A DNA stretch of 64,000 bases from Candidatus Spongiisociaceae bacterium (lineage in GTDB: Bacteria; Actinomycetota; Acidimicrobiia; Spongiisociales; Spongiisociaceae). The position numbers and the translations under genes were made by a program. The stretch lies in the NCBI GenBank assembly GCA_965262915.1, contig OZ253564.1, forward strand, positions 2,304,001 through 2,368,000, given 5' to 3'. The notes under the pieces are model-generated. The model saw only the letters and a list, made by a program, of their open reading frames with translations. It made no database searches and was not told the DNA's origin. Shown piece by piece: positions 48,023 to 59,971 of the stretch; position 1 is the stretch's first letter; every line of letters starts with the position of its first letter.

Positions 48023-50491
48023 TTGTCGAACCGGTCGGCCGCTTCCCTACCGAGGAGGTTTCGCTTGAAGTCGCAAGCCCAGGTAGTGGTGGTCGGCGGT
48101 GGCGTGGTCGGTTGTTCGGTGCTCTACCACCTAACCAAGGCGGGGTGGACCGATGTGATGCTGGTCGAGCGACTCGAGTTGGCGGCGGGGTCTTCGTGGC
48201 ATGCGGCCGGGGACATCCACACCCACAACGGCAACGTCTACCTGGCCGATCTCCAGAAGTACACGGTGGAACTGTATCCGGAGCTCGAGAGAGCATCCGG
48301 ACAGGACTGCGGTCTCCGCATGACGGGCGGGTTGCAGCTGGCCAACTCCCCGGAGTGGATGGACTGGCTCAAGATGGTGCATGCCCGCGGGCGGTACCTG
48401 GGGATGGACACCGAACTCATCTCTGCCCGGGAGGCGGCCGGGTTGTTCCCGCTCATGGACCCCTCGCTCTTCGTGGGTGCCATGTGGACCCGTCAGGAAG
48501 GCCATGTGGACCCCTCCGGAGTTACCCGGGCCTACGCGAAGGCCGCCGAGGTCGGAGGAGCCACCGTCGTGCGTAACACGATGGTCGAGGGTCTGTCACA
48601 ACGTCGTGACGGTACTTGGGATGTCCGTACCAGCCGGGGAGACATCCGCGCCGAGCATGTGGTCAACGCCGGTGGTCTGTGGGGTCGCGAGGTGGGACGG
48701 ATGGTGGGGCTGGAACTACCGCTCCTGGCGATGGCCCACCAGTACATCCTCACCGGACCGGTGCCCGAGGTGGCCGAATACCGCCGGACGACGGGTAAAG
48801 AGTTGCCTACGGTGGTCGACTTCGGCGGTGACATCTATATGAGGGAGGAATCCGGCGGCATCCTGATGGGTACCTACGAGCGGGACCACAGGCCGTGGTC
48901 GCCCCGGGTGACACCCTGGAGTTTCGGGAGCGAGTTGCTGACGCCGGACATCGAACGGATGGTTCCCGAACTCGAAGCCGGATTCGCCCACTACCCCGCC
49001 CTGGCCGATGCCGGCATCCGGAGTGTCGTACACGGTCCGTTCGTGTTCTCCCCGGACGGCAACCCTTGTATCGGACCGGTCCGGGGGCTTCCCAACTTCT
49101 GGCTGGCGGTCGGGGTAATGGCCGGTTTCTGCCAGGCCGGCGGAGTGGGTCTCGCCCTGGCCAACTGGATTACCGAAGGGGATCCCGGCATGGACATATG
49201 GGCGATGGACGCCTCCCGCTTCGGTGGCTGGGCCACCGCTGCCTACACGAACGCCAAGGTGCGGGAGTTCTACTCCCGACGATTCAAGATCACCTTCCCC
49301 AACGAGGAACTCCCCGCCGGCCGCCCGCTCCACACCACTGCCCTGTACGACCGGTACACGGACGCCAACGCCGTGTGGGGCGCGTCGTTCGGTCTCGAAG
49401 TGGCGCTGTGGTTCCAGGATCGGGGCCGGGAACCGGTCGAGGAGATCACGTTCCGCCGTTCCAACGCCTTCCCGGTCGTAGCCGCGGAGTGCGCGGCGGT
49501 TCGCAACCGGGTGGGTATAACCGAGACTTCAGGGTTCGCCAAGTACCGGGTCGAAGGTCGAGACGCCGGGGCCTGGCTGGGCCGGATATTGGCCAACCGG
49601 ATTCCGCCTCCCGGGCGTATAACCCTCAGCCCTATGTTGAACTACAAGGGCAAGTTGATCGGTGACTTCACCCTCGCCAACCTCGGCGATCACTTCATAT
49701 TGTTCGGCTCGGGCCCGGCCGAGGAGTATCACATGCGCTGGTTCATGTCGGAGCTTCCCCCGAACGGCGATGTCGAGGTCGCCCCGCTCGGGCAGACCAT
49801 GGTCGGCCTGTCGATAGCCGGCCCCGCCTCGCGTGAGGTGCTGGCGTCGGTGGCGGACCACGACGTGGGGCGGGCGGACTTCCGGTTCATGGACATCAAG
49901 GCCATGGACCTAGGTATGATCCCCGCCCTGGTCGGTCGGCTCACCTACACGGGAGATCTCGGATACGAGATCTGGGTGGGTCCGGAGAACCTGAGGGGGC
50001 TCTACGACCTGCTGTTGCAGGCAGGTAGGAAGCATGGGATTGTTGACTTCGGTCTCCGGGCACTCGACTCCCTACGGCTGGAGAAGGGGTTCGGTTCCTG
50101 GGCCAGGGAGTACCGACCCATATACGGTCCTGCGGAAGCGGGCCTGTCCCGCTTCGTGGCTCTCGACAAGGGCGAGTTCGTCGGTAGTGAGGCCGCCCGG
50201 CGGGAGCGGGCGAACGGTCCGAAACGGCGGTTGGTAGCGATGGTCGTCGATTCGGACAATGCGGACGTGGTGGGTGACGAACCGGTCTGGCATGACGGTG
50301 AGGTGGTGGGTTGGGTTACCTCGGGTGGCTACGCCCATACGGTGGGATGCTCGGTGGCGCTCGGATACGTACCTGCGGAGCTGGCTGATCCGGCGGTGAG
50401 GCTCGAGATCGAGATCATCGGGAGTCGTCGCGGTGCCGAGGTGCAGCCCGCTCCCCTATTCGATCCTGACGGCCTTCGAATGCGGAGCTGA
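48023..50491 (+). CDS. FAD-dependent oxidoreductase, GcvT family (dimethylglycine/sarcosine dehydrogenase-like)
   Basis: [44 protein letters not shown]. Confidence 0.92.
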   Translation: MSNRSAASLPRRFRLKSQAQVVVVGGGVVGCSVLYHLTKAGWTDVMLVERLELAAGSSWHAAGDIHTHNGNVYLADLQKYTVELYPELERASGQDCGLRMTGGLQLANSPEWMDWLKMVHARGRYLGMDTELISAREAAGLFPLMDPSLFVGAMWTRQEGHVDPSGVTRAYAKAAEVGGATVVRNTMVEGLSQRRDGTWDVRTSRGDIRAEHVVNAGGLWGREVGRMVGLELPLLAMAHQYILTGPVPEVAEYRRTTGKELPTVVDFGGDIYMREESGGILMGTYERDHRPWSPRVTPWSFGSELLTPDIERMVPELEAGFAHYPALADAGIRSVVHGPFVFSPDGNPCIGPVRGLPNFWLAVGVMAGFCQAGGVGLALANWITEGDPGMDIWAMDASRFGGWATAAYTNAKVREFYSRRFKITFPNEELPAGRPLHTTALYDRYTDANAVWGASFGLEVALWFQDRGREPVEEITFRRSNAFPVVAAECAAVRNRVGITETSGFAKYRVEGRDAGAWLGRILANRIPPPGRITLSPMLNYKGKLIGDFTLANLGDHFILFGSGPAEEYHMRWFMSELPPNGDVEVAPLGQTMVGLSIAGPASREVLASVADHDVGRADFRFMDIKAMDLGMIPALVGRLTYTGDLGYEIWVGPENLRGLYDLLLQAGRKHGIVDFGLRALDSLRLEKGFGSWAREYRPIYGPAEAGLSRFVALDKGEFVGSEAARRERANGPKRRLVAMVVDSDNADVVGDEPVWHDGEVVGWVTSGGYAHTVGCSVALGYVPAELADPAVRLEIEIIGSRRGAEVQPAPLFDPDGLRMRS

Positions 50492-50564
50492 TGCTCGAAT
50501 AACTACAAGACTGGTATTACAGTCGGCTCGCTGGATGTCAGCTGGGCCCGATGGAGGATTTGCG

Positions 50565-51302
50565 ATGAGGAGCCACGAAGTCGACTACCGGATATGGGGG
50601 GATGACCTCCAGTTCGTCGAGATCGAACTAGATCCGGGGGAATCGGTCATCGCCGAGGCCGGCGCCATGATGTACGTCGAAGAAGGCATCGTCTTCGAGA
50701 CCCGGATGGGTGACGGGTCCGAGCCGAACAAGGGAACATGGGGCAAACTGAAGTCGGCCGGAAAGCGGGCTTTGGCGGGTGAGTCACTGTTCCTCTCCCA
50801 CTTCACGAATCACGGAACCGGGAGGCGGAGCGTGGCCTTCGCCGCGCCCTATCCCGGCACGGTCATACCGTTAGACCTCGGCGCGGTCGGTGGCCGGATA
50901 CTGGCCCAGAAAGAGGCCTTTCTGTGCGCGGCGATGGGGACCAAACTAGGTATCGCCTTCAACCGCAGGTTCGGGGCTGGTGCGTTCGGTGGTGAAGGGT
51001 TCATCCTCGAGGACATCCAAGGTGACGGTCTCGCCTTCCTCCACGCCGGAGGCACCATTGTCGAGAAGCGTCTGATCGGAGAGACGCTGCGCGTGGACAC
51101 CGGCTGCATCGTCGCCTTCGAGCCGCAGATCGAGTACTCGATCGAGCGGGCCGGCCGGGCGTCCACGATGATCTTCGGAGGAGAAGGACTGTTCCTGGCC
51201 ACCCTCAGCGGCGCAGGCCGGGTCTGGCTCCAGTCGCTGCCTTTCAGCAAGCTGGCCAACGAGGTGATACGGCGTATTCCTCCTTCGAGATCAGGAGACT
51301 AG
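50565..51302 (+). CDS. TIGR00266/AIM24 family protein
   Basis: [35 protein letters not shown]. Confidence 0.9.
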   Translation: MRSHEVDYRIWGDDLQFVEIELDPGESVIAEAGAMMYVEEGIVFETRMGDGSEPNKGTWGKLKSAGKRALAGESLFLSHFTNHGTGRRSVAFAAPYPGTVIPLDLGAVGGRILAQKEAFLCAAMGTKLGIAFNRRFGAGAFGGEGFILEDIQGDGLAFLHAGGTIVEKRLIGETLRVDTGCIVAFEPQIEYSIERAGRASTMIFGGEGLFLATLSGAGRVWLQSLPFSKLANEVIRRIPPSRSGD

Positions 51303-51478
51303 ATTCTTCGTGCATCGGGAGTTCTGACCTGGTCGCAGTTCCTGGCGGGTCCGCGACCGAGACCGACCCGGAATCTCGAGCCGGCCCGCACCCGGTGTTC
51401 CCGAGCTCGGGAACGCGGACGGAACGTACCGGCTGACTCGATTAGATTGAGTGACCGACCACGAGTTCGGGAGGGCGC

Positions 51479-53017
51479 ATGAAGGTACCGCTGACGGTCC
51501 GGGACTTCCTCGACCGGGCTGCTCTGATCTACCCGCACAGCCCGGCGGTGATCGACGAGCCTGACCAGCCGGCGACGAGTTGGGGAACGCTCACCTACGG
51601 CGAGGTGGCGGACCGGACCCGGTCGTTGGCCGGAGCGCTCGATCGTCTGGGCCTGGGTTGGGGCGAGCGGGTGGCCGTCGTGTCCCACAACGCCGCCCGG
51701 CTGCTCGTGATGATGCTGGGCGTCAGCGCCTACGGGCGCATCTCGGTCCCCATCAACTTCCGCCTCAACGCCGCGGAGGTCGGCTACATCGTGTCCCACT
51801 CCGGGGCGCGGCTGCTTCTGATCGACCCTGAACTGGCCGACGACCTGGCCGGGGTGGACTGCGAGCACCGCTACGTGATCGGCGCGGAGTCCGACGACGC
51901 CCTGTTCGGCGACACCGATGCGGACCCCCGTTCCTGGGTTCCGGACGAGGACGCTACAGCCACCATCAACTACACCAGCGGGACCACGGCCCGCCCGAAG
52001 GGTGTGCAGATGACCCACCGCAGCCTGTGGCTCAACGCGGTGATGTTCGGTTGGAGCGCCGGGGTCAGCGACCGCGATATCTACCTGCACACGCTGCCCA
52101 TGTTCCACTGCAACGGTTGGGGCATGCCCTACGCCCTCACCGGGATGGGCGCCGCCCAGGTCGTGCTACGAAACGTGGACGGGGCGGAGATCCTACGCCG
52201 CGTGGATCGCCACGGGGTGACCTACCTGTGCGGCGCCCCGGCGGTGGTGGCGGCGACTCTGACGGCCGCCGCGGAGTGGCCCGGACCCATCCCGGGATCG
52301 GGTCGGGTGCGCATGACCGTGGCGGGTGCTCCCCCGCCCACGAGGATGATCGAGCGCATGGAGTCCGAACTGGGCTGGGAGTTCATGCAACTGTACGGGC
52401 TCACCGAGACAGCCCCTTACCTGACCATGAACCGGGTCCGACCCGAGTGGGACGATCTGGGATCCGGCGAGCGGGCCAAGCGTCTGGTCCGCCAGGGTGT
52501 GCCTGCACTGGGCATTCGCCTACAGGTGTCACCTGAAGGTGAAGTCGAAGCACAGGGCAACCACGTGATGGAGGGCTACTGGGACCAACCCGACGCTACC
52601 GATGAGGCTCTGGCGGATGGATGGTTCCACACCGGAGACGGTGGCTATCTGGACGGGGACAGCTACCTGGTGCTCACCGACCGACGCAAGGACGTCATCA
52701 TCAGCGGCGGCGAGAACGTGTCCTCGATAGAGGTTGAGGACTGCCTATTCACCCATCCTGCGGTGGCGGAGGCGGCCGTCATCGGTGTTCCCGACGAGCG
52801 CTGGGGGGAGACGCCCAAGGCGCTGGTGGTGCTGGTCGAGGGTTCCCCAGCCACCGAGCAGGAACTGATCGACCACTGCCGGGAGCGCATGGCCCACTAC
52901 AAGTGCCCCTCGTCGGTGGAGTTTCGCGATGTCCTGGCGCGTACTGCCACCGGCAAGCTGCAGAAGTACAAGCTCCGCGCCCCCTACTGGGAAGGTCGAG
53001 ATCGCCGGATCAACTAG
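51479..53017 (+). CDS. AMP-binding acyl-CoA synthetase
   Basis: YTSGTTARPKG, YGLTET, WFHTGD, KDVIISGGENV, TGKLQK. Confidence 0.93.
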   Translation: MKVPLTVRDFLDRAALIYPHSPAVIDEPDQPATSWGTLTYGEVADRTRSLAGALDRLGLGWGERVAVVSHNAARLLVMMLGVSAYGRISVPINFRLNAAEVGYIVSHSGARLLLIDPELADDLAGVDCEHRYVIGAESDDALFGDTDADPRSWVPDEDATATINYTSGTTARPKGVQMTHRSLWLNAVMFGWSAGVSDRDIYLHTLPMFHCNGWGMPYALTGMGAAQVVLRNVDGAEILRRVDRHGVTYLCGAPAVVAATLTAAAEWPGPIPGSGRVRMTVAGAPPPTRMIERMESELGWEFMQLYGLTETAPYLTMNRVRPEWDDLGSGERAKRLVRQGVPALGIRLQVSPEGEVEAQGNHVMEGYWDQPDATDEALADGWFHTGDGGYLDGDSYLVLTDRRKDVIISGGENVSSIEVEDCLFTHPAVAEAAVIGVPDERWGETPKALVVLVEGSPATEQELIDHCRERMAHYKCPSSVEFRDVLARTATGKLQKYKLRAPYWEGRDRRIN

Positions 53018-53057
53018 GGAATCCAGTCGTATCGTTGGAACCACGCGGTCCGCTCTA

Positions 53058-53517
53058 CTAAGAGATCCCGGGGTGGGGCGGTATACGAATCCAGTTACCG
53101 TTCAGGAAACGAGCAAGCCGTCGTGCCTCGCTCTTCTGGATCTTCGAGCCACCGTCGATGCGGAAGACTACTACGTGCTCGGGGTGCTCATCCGTAGGCC
53201 AAAGGTTGTGCTCCGAGCTTTCCTCCGAGCCGAATCACGGCAGCGCTCACTTGTGCTAAGCCATATGTGGGATAGTCGTTTATTAGACGATCAATAGAGT
53301 TCGGTGTACTTTCTAGGTGGAAGGACATAGCTGGTCCGGGGCAACCAAGTTTCTGAGCCTGCGCTGGTCGGTAGAACTGAATTGCCTGACTGTTAATCCG
53401 TGGTCTCCCCATATCATCTGGTCTGCTCCAGTCACAGAACTGTGAGTTAATCCTACGGATAAGTAGTGATTCGGGAGGAACACCTGTATGATCATCTCTG
53501 TAGTATTCCCCTGGCAT
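53058..53517 (-). pseudogene. Small putative toxin (ART/RES-like), frameshifted near 53205
   Basis: LLIRRI...NSQAIQF...PAMSFHL...YGLAQV. A one-base shift continues WPTDEHPEHVVVF...RRLARFLNGNWIRIPP. Confidence 0.5.
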
Positions 53518-53522
53518 TATAG

Positions 53523-54047
53523 CTATTTATGAAGTACTTCACAGCTGTACGCAGAGAGAACTCGGTATAGGTCAGTACCGGCAGCATCCCGCAAGAGCCC
53601 CTCCCATTCGAGTCCCATGCCTTCGTCTTCATATTCAAGTTCAATTTCCCCGTTGTCCGCTACAGTAAAGGCAACGATGCGGTTCGGTGAGTACCACTCA
53701 ATATAGATACCTAGATAAGGAGTCGGAGTGATAGCAGGAACAGGAAGGTTTGGCATTGCCCCTGCGAGGGCACTGATCAGATTGGAGGCTGTTCCGATCG
53801 CGATAGGACTAATAGGGCCAGAGTCGGACTCATCCCAGCCTGGAGTCAACCATCGTAAGTTTCGCACGCTGACAAGAGTTGGGTCTTTCCAATTCGTCAG
53901 AATATGAGGATTCGACAGTACGGCACCAGTAGCCCATTCAGAAGGCTCGCCCGTATGCCATCTAACAACGGAGCCAACACTACTGACATCTATTGTTTCA
54001 TATAGTGAAGGGAATGGAGGCAAGCTTGCTGCACTCGTTGTAGTCAT
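53523..54047 (-). CDS. Hypothetical protein (putative antitoxin-like middle gene)
   Basis: LRWLTPGWD...PISP.A...A..L...PAITPTP..GIYIEW motif; ATGA overlap with the upstream gene. Confidence 0.55.
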   Translation of the reverse strand: MTTTSAASLPPFPSLYETIDVSSVGSVVRWHTGEPSEWATGAVLSNPHILTNWKDPTLVSVRNLRWLTPGWDESDSGPISPIAIGTASNLISALAGAMPNLPVPAITPTPYLGIYIEWYSPNRIVAFTVADNGEIELEYEDEGMGLEWEGLLRDAAGTDLYRVLSAYSCEVLHK

Positions 54048-54725
54048 GTCAAAGCCTCCCTTTGTCTATACCCCCAGCTCTTGTGTATAGAGGGTGTTGT
54101 AATATCATAGAATCCTCTTACGATCCACTCACGACCACAATCAAGAAACTTAACGACACCAGTTATATCACTAGCTGTGGGTTTACCTCGTGCAGTCAAA
54201 CTTAGTATTACGTATGGCATGTCTGACTGGACGTCATAACTCGTTAGTGAGGAAGTCACTGAGTGCGGTGAGATACCGCTTGAATCTGGTTCTACCAGAT
54301 TCATAACGTTCGTAGTGAGGCTTGGCTGGTGTCTTGCGCCAGTTATACGCGTACCAGTCGGACTGTAACTGTACGAGGTGGTTGTCGTCGAAGAACAAGA
54401 ATCGTGGTGGACGCGGTTCATTCCGCACCGTCAACGTGACTCCACTCTTGGCAGGTACGGATGGGACGCGTTCGATGGGCATGTCGTAAGGGGGAGACTG
54501 GGCATCTGACGGCAGTTCACGAGCGAACTCGCGGTCCCAGAAGCGAACGATCTGCGCTGAGGTGAGTTCAGGTACCTCAAGAAACCCGACACCCAGCACA
54601 GTCTCCACGACGGGCGGATTAGAGAAGTCCGGCAGGTTATCGCCGCTCAAGAGCGAGGGATCCGCAGACGATGCATTGTCCGCCAGTGTAGTACTGGAAG
54701 GGTGAATCCGAATGATGCTCGGCAC
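54044..54725 (-). pseudogene. TIGR04255-family protein with internal deletion/frameshift
   Basis: LPDFSNPPVVETVLGVGF, LVQLQSDWYAYNWRK, Y.RY in one frame; LSLTARG...GREWIVRGFYDITT...HKSW in another. Confidence 0.7.
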
Positions 54726-54815
54726 GAGTGGTGGGAGCCTTGCGGCGGTGGCACGCGCTAGAGGTGGTTCGCTTGCTTGACAGCTGGACGCCGGCGACAG
54801 TCGGTTTCTGTCTCC

Positions 54816-55235
54816 TCAGGCGCGCTCCAAGTCGATCGACGCCGAGTTGATGCAGTAGCGCAGGCCGGTGGGTCGGGGTCCGTCGGGGAAGACATGGCCG
54901 AGATGGGACCGGCAATTCCCGCAGATCACCTCGGTGCGGGCCATTCCCAGGCTGCGATCGGTGTGCTGCTCGATGGGCGCCCCGTCCACTACATCGTAGA
55001 AGCTCGGCCATCCCGTCCCGGAGTCGTACTTCTCGTCACTTTGGAACAGCGGAGCGCCGCATCCGATGCACATGTAGGTGCCGGCCTCCTTGTTGTTCCA
55101 GTACTCGCCCGTGAACGGCCGCTCGGTGCCAGCCTCCCGGGCCACGTAGTACTGCATCGGTGTCAGTTGCTTGCGCCACTCCCGTTCCGTGGTCGGAAGC
55201 GGGTTGTCCTCCGTAGTCGTGCTGGTCTCGGTCAT
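54816..55235 (-). CDS. msrB: Peptide-methionine (R)-S-oxide reductase
   Basis: [33 protein letters not shown]. Confidence 0.96.
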   Translation of the reverse strand: MTETSTTTEDNPLPTTEREWRKQLTPMQYYVAREAGTERPFTGEYWNNKEAGTYMCIGCGAPLFQSDEKYDSGTGWPSFYDVVDGAPIEQHTDRSLGMARTEVICGNCRSHLGHVFPDGPRPTGLRYCINSASIDLERA

Positions 55236-55367
55236 TTCTTGGTTCCTTCCACTGCCTCGGGTAAGTGAACTCCAGGTCCGGCATGCGAGGCTCGCGTCTG
55301 TAAACAATCCGGCTAGCAGGGTGAATGCCGCTACCGATAGTTTCGCGAGCATCCTAATCTCGGGTGT

Positions 55368-57089
55368 ATGCAACACGAAGCTCCACTTCTGGACGACAAG
55401 CCCCCCACCTCCTGGCGATCACGCCTTGACTACGCCCTGTTGGGGGTGGTCGCTACCGGCGCCGCACTGGCCTCTTCCGAACTGATCGCCGGCATCTTCC
55501 TGTCGGCCCCGTCCCTGATCCGTTCCATCGGCCAGTGGGTCATCGACATCACGCCGGCCCCGGTGGAGGACTGGGCGATCTCCACCTTCGGTACCAATGA
55601 CAAGTTGGCGCTCATAACCGGCATCGTCGTGGTGTCCCTCGCCATCGGAACTCTGCTCGGTCTAGTCGCCAGGAACCGGCCGGCCGCCGCTGCGGCCGGA
55701 TTCGTGGTGTTCGGAGTGGTCGGGTACGTGGCGGGGCTGACGGATCCGCTTGCCGGGGCGGCTCTCACCCTGGTGGCCGCTGCGGTCGCCGCCGCAGCGG
55801 GAGTCGGCATCCTTCTCGGGCTCCGATCGGTGCTGCAGCGATCCTCCTCCGCGGCCGGTTGGACGCCCGCCGGGTCGCGGCGTGTCTTCCTTACGGCGGC
55901 GGCCGCAACCGTAGTTGCTGCAGTCGGTGAGGTTTTTCTAGGGCGTTACCTCGCCAACCGGACTCAGGCTGCCGTGGCGGGCCGGGAACAGGTAATCCTC
56001 CCCTCTGCCTCACAGTCCCAGCCCGCCACGACGACGACCGCTGCGGCGGCCGTGGCCGACACGCCTGACACCACAGCGACCGTTGCCGAGACCCCCGAGA
56101 CCGCCGAGGCCGTCGAGACCGTTGCGAGCGGTGTTGCGACCGAACCCGATCCGCAGCAGGCGGTCTCCGGGGTCCCGGATCCGACCCCTGCCCAGATCGC
56201 CCCGGTCGACGCCGTGTCGGAGTTGATCACCCCCAACGACGAGTTCTACATAATCGACACCGCCCTCAGCGTTCCCCGGGTCGATCTCGAAACCTGGACC
56301 CTCTCCTTCACGGGTCTGGCGGACACACCCTTCAGCATCACCTACGACGAACTGCTGGCCATGCCGATGGTGGAGCGCTACGTCACGCTGTGCTGCGTGT
56401 CGAACCGGGTAGGCGGCGGCCTGGTAGGCAACGCCAAGTGGCTGGGGGTTCCCCTGCGGGAACTCGTCGAGCGGGTCGGTGTCAGGCCCGAGGGCACGCA
56501 GCTAATCGGCAGGTCGGTCGACGAGTTCACGGTCGGCTTCCCCACCAGCGCGGTGTTCGACGGTCGGGAGGCGCTGGTGGCGGTCGGGATGAACGGCGAG
56601 CCGCTGCCGCTCAAGCACGGGTTCCCGGCCCGGCTGGTCGTTTCGGGCCTGTACGGTTACGTCTCGGCTACCAAGTGGCTGGCGGAGGTCGAGTTCGCCG
56701 GATGGGACGACTTCGATGCCTACTGGGTCCCGAGAGGGTGGGCCAAGGAGGCGCCGATAAAGACCCAATCGCGGATCGACACCCCCCAACCGGGGAGAAT
56801 CACCGCCGGCGCGAACGTCATCGCCGGGGTCGCATGGGCCCAAAGCCGGGGGATCGAGAGGGTGGAGATCCAGGTCGACGAGGGTCCCTGGATGGAGGCG
56901 GCCCTACCGGAGGAGTTGTCGATCGACTCGTGGCGGCAGTGGTACCTGCAACATGACTTCGCTCCCGGTTCCCATGTGATCTCTGTGAGAGCTACCGACG
57001 CAACCGGCGCGACCCAGACCGCAGAGGTACAGGATCCCCGGCCCGATGGGGCAACCGGCTACCACATGGTCCGTGTGAATGCCGCCTGA
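55368..57089 (+). CDS. Membrane-bound molybdopterin oxidoreductase (sulfite-oxidase family)
   Basis: N-terminal TMs, [38 protein letters not shown]. Confidence 0.9.
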   Translation: MQHEAPLLDDKPPTSWRSRLDYALLGVVATGAALASSELIAGIFLSAPSLIRSIGQWVIDITPAPVEDWAISTFGTNDKLALITGIVVVSLAIGTLLGLVARNRPAAAAAGFVVFGVVGYVAGLTDPLAGAALTLVAAAVAAAAGVGILLGLRSVLQRSSSAAGWTPAGSRRVFLTAAAATVVAAVGEVFLGRYLANRTQAAVAGREQVILPSASQSQPATTTTAAAAVADTPDTTATVAETPETAEAVETVASGVATEPDPQQAVSGVPDPTPAQIAPVDAVSELITPNDEFYIIDTALSVPRVDLETWTLSFTGLADTPFSITYDELLAMPMVERYVTLCCVSNRVGGGLVGNAKWLGVPLRELVERVGVRPEGTQLIGRSVDEFTVGFPTSAVFDGREALVAVGMNGEPLPLKHGFPARLVVSGLYGYVSATKWLAEVEFAGWDDFDAYWVPRGWAKEAPIKTQSRIDTPQPGRITAGANVIAGVAWAQSRGIERVEIQVDEGPWMEAALPEELSIDSWRQWYLQHDFAPGSHVISVRATDATGATQTAEVQDPRPDGATGYHMVRVNAA

Positions 57090-57109
57090 CCGAACGCGGA
57101 CCCTCTAAC

Positions 57110-57297
57110 CCTGAATCCACCGATGGGGAGGGCGCAGCGGACATGGAGATATGGTGGAAATGCCTCCTGATCTGCGGCGATAGCTATTGGTAAGGATGGT
57201 TCGGTCCTGGGAAGAGGAGCAACTTCCTGTGAGTGGTGGATCCCGGAGATCGCCCTGGTCAGGATTGGTTTTCGGAATATGAATCGGTGGATTCAGG
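57110..57297. mobile_element. MITE copy 2
   Basis: Perfect 15-bp TIR CCTGAATCCACCGAT with CTAAC direct repeats at 57105-57109 and 57298-57302. Confidence 0.9.
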
Positions 57298-57774
57298 CTA
57301 ACGCAGTACATCCCGACCGCCAAAACAGTGGCGGTCCCAAATAGGTGCCCGCGTCAGAACCGCCAGGTCGCGAAAAACGCCGCTACGATCTCTCCGCAGG
57401 GCCCCCCCACCGTTCCTGGGGTCGGAGCGCGTTGTTCCCGCCTGGGCCGGTCTACCTGGCTCCGAGATCGTTTTTCCCTCGGGCGGTCGAATGACGTCCG
57501 TTCGTACCGCGCGGGTGCTTGGTACTTCCCATAGTGCAACACGGCTGTGACAACTTCAACCCCCTCGTCGGCCGTCATCTTGGTGAGCAGGAGTTGCATG
57601 CGCCCGCCCACCTGCTCTGCGGGTGGCTTCTTCGGCCGGCTGGATTTGGCTCCTCTGGGTGAGTGGTTCGGGGTCTTGCTTCTTGGGTGAGCGTTCCCCG
57701 GGTAGCGTGCAGCGGGGAGCACCATGTCCTGTCGTCAGCCAGGCACGGGGGGACGGAGGAGAGTAGAGATCACC

Positions 57775-58872
57775 ATGGCGGGTTCAGGGGCCGTGCGGGT
57801 GAGGATCGTTGCTGGTGCGGTCGCTATGGCCCTGGTGGTCTCGTATCTCCTGTGGCTGCGGGCCCGTGACGAGGTCATCGAGCCAACCACCATGATTACC
57901 TGCCCAACCCGAACCGTCCCCACCATCACAGCCGGCTCGGGGCCTACCGGTGGTCGCATCGTTTACGAGAGTCATCGCGACGGCGACAGCGAGGTCTACG
58001 TCCTCGACCTGGACTCCCGAACCGAACAGCAAGTGACCAACAACATCCACTTCGACAGGGGTCCGCGGTGGGCGCCCGACGGTTCCCGCATCGCATACCT
58101 GAGCGACCGTGACGGCGACTCCGAGGTCTACGTCCTCGACCTGGACTCCCGAACCGAACAGCAAGTGACCAACAACACCCACTTCGACAGGGGTCCGCGG
58201 TGGGCGCCCGACGGTTCCCGCATCGCATACCTGAGCGACCGTGACGGCGACTTCGAGGTCTACGTCCTCGATCTGGAAGGCGGGACGGAACATCGAGTGA
58301 CCGACAACACAGCCGACGATCATTCCCCGGATTGGTCACCGGACGGTTCCCGCATCGTCTACACCAGCGACCGTGACGGGGATTTCGAGATCTACATCCT
58401 CGACCTAGCCGGCGGGAAAGAACGACAACTCACCGACAACACGGCGGACGATTGGTGGCCGCTGTGGTCACCGGACGGTTCCCGTATCGCATACGCCAGT
58501 GACCGTGACGGTGACCAGGAGATCTACATCCTCGACCTGAACACCGGGACCCTACGACAGATCACCCACAACACCCGCCTCGATTGGTGGCATCTGTGGT
58601 CACCCGACGGCACCTGCATCGTTTACGCCAGTGACCGTGACGGTGACCAGGAGATCTACATCCTCGATCTTGACACAGGCGTCGAACAACAACTCACCAA
58701 CAACACCCACGACGACGAACGCCCGGTTTGGTCACCGGACGGCACCCGCATTGCCTACGAAACCGACCGCGACGGCAACTGGGACGTATATGTCCGCGAC
58801 CTGGAAGGCGGGACGGAACAGAAAGTCACGAACAATCCGGGCGGAGTCGTGGGGTTGCAATGGTCTCCTTAG
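57775..58872 (+). CDS. TolB-like PD40 repeat beta-propeller protein
   Basis: N-terminal TM and 44-aa repeats (WSPDGSRIAYxSDRDGDxEIY). The first two units are nearly identical 132-bp copies. Confidence 0.9.
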   Translation: MAGSGAVRVRIVAGAVAMALVVSYLLWLRARDEVIEPTTMITCPTRTVPTITAGSGPTGGRIVYESHRDGDSEVYVLDLDSRTEQQVTNNIHFDRGPRWAPDGSRIAYLSDRDGDSEVYVLDLDSRTEQQVTNNTHFDRGPRWAPDGSRIAYLSDRDGDFEVYVLDLEGGTEHRVTDNTADDHSPDWSPDGSRIVYTSDRDGDFEIYILDLAGGKERQLTDNTADDWWPLWSPDGSRIAYASDRDGDQEIYILDLNTGTLRQITHNTRLDWWHLWSPDGTCIVYASDRDGDQEIYILDLDTGVEQQLTNNTHDDERPVWSPDGTRIAYETDRDGNWDVYVRDLEGGTEQKVTNNPGGVVGLQWSP

Positions 58873-59194
58873 GCAACATAGGGGTGGGGCGAGGGTTCCT
58901 CTCCGCCACCTCCGTCAGAGTTCGCGGGAGTCGCGTACCAATACAGACAGAGGTCGGAAAGTGTCGGCACTCCGACCCTTGATCCGGCGAGACAAGCCGC
59001 GCATCCGCCGCGCGCTGACCAGCGTCCGACAACGAGGTGCTATACCAGCAGGCGTTGGCCGGAAAGGCATCAACCTGGCCCTACCAGGTGCTACGAGAAC
59101 CCGCCTTCTGAGTCGTGAAGTTGGCATGCATTCACAGCATTTTCCCCCGGCACGCCCTCAGATCGAGCGTCGGTTGCGTCTCTCGGAAGTACAG

Positions 59195-59938
59195 CTAGCG
59201 GCTAGCGAGTGACTCGAGGATCCCGTCGGGTATGTCGAAGTTTCCGTAGACCTCCTGCACGTCGTTGAGATCGTCCAGGGAGTCGACCAGGCGCAGGACA
59301 CGGGAGGCTTTGCGGGCGTCGAGTTCGACGGTGGTGGAAGGAAGCCGGGTGACCTCGGCGGACTGTACGGCGAGGTCGGCTTCGGCCAGTGCCTCCCGCA
59401 CCGCGGCGAAGTCGCCGGGCGCAGTGATCACCTCGAACTGGTCGCCGCTCGGGCGAATGTCCTCGGCGCCGGATTCGAGCACAGCTAGAAAGATGTCGTC
59501 CTCATCACCTTCGACGAGAAGGTAACCCTTCTGGTCGAACAGGTAACCCACTGAGCCGGGTTCACCCAGGCTGCCGCCGTTCCTGGTGAAGGCGGACCGC
59601 ACATCGGATGCCGCACGGTTCCGGTTGTCGGTGACCACCTGGACGAGGAGCGCCACTCCCCCGGGCGCGTATCCTTCGTAGTAGATGGTGTCGAGCCGTT
59701 CTGCGACGAGTTCCCCGGTGCCCCGCTTGATGGCCCTTTCGATGTTGTCCTTGGGTACCGAAGAGGAGCGGGCCTTGTCGATGGCGCCCGCCAGGACGGC
59801 GTTGGCGGTCGGATCTCCGCCCCCCTGACGCGCGGCCGCCTCGACCGCCCGGCACAGTTTGGCGAACAGGTTCCCCCGGGCGGCGTCCTGGCGGCCTTTC
59901 CGGTGCTTGATGTTGGCCCACTTGGAATGGCCCGCCAT
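59195..59938 (-). CDS. yebC: YebC/PmpR family protein
   Basis: MAGHSKWANIKHRK, YEGYAPGGVA, TDNRNR, DVQEVY. Confidence 0.95.
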   Translation of the reverse strand: MAGHSKWANIKHRKGRQDAARGNLFAKLCRAVEAAARQGGGDPTANAVLAGAIDKARSSSVPKDNIERAIKRGTGELVAERLDTIYYEGYAPGGVALLVQVVTDNRNRAASDVRSAFTRNGGSLGEPGSVGYLFDQKGYLLVEGDEDDIFLAVLESGAEDIRPSGDQFEVITAPGDFAAVREALAEADLAVQSAEVTRLPSTTVELDARKASRVLRLVDSLDDLNDVQEVYGNFDIPDGILESLASR

Positions 59939-59971
59939 CACCGCCCTCCTGCCATCGGTCTCTCGTCTCCG

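Noticed and set aside
57354-57725. Transposase fragment beside MITE copy 2
   Set aside because: No recognisable DDE motif, so it cannot be supported.
57960-58800. DGR template/variable repeat pair or CRISPR
   Set aside because: These are in-frame PD40 propeller repeats, differences are not adenine-specific and no reverse transcriptase is in the window.
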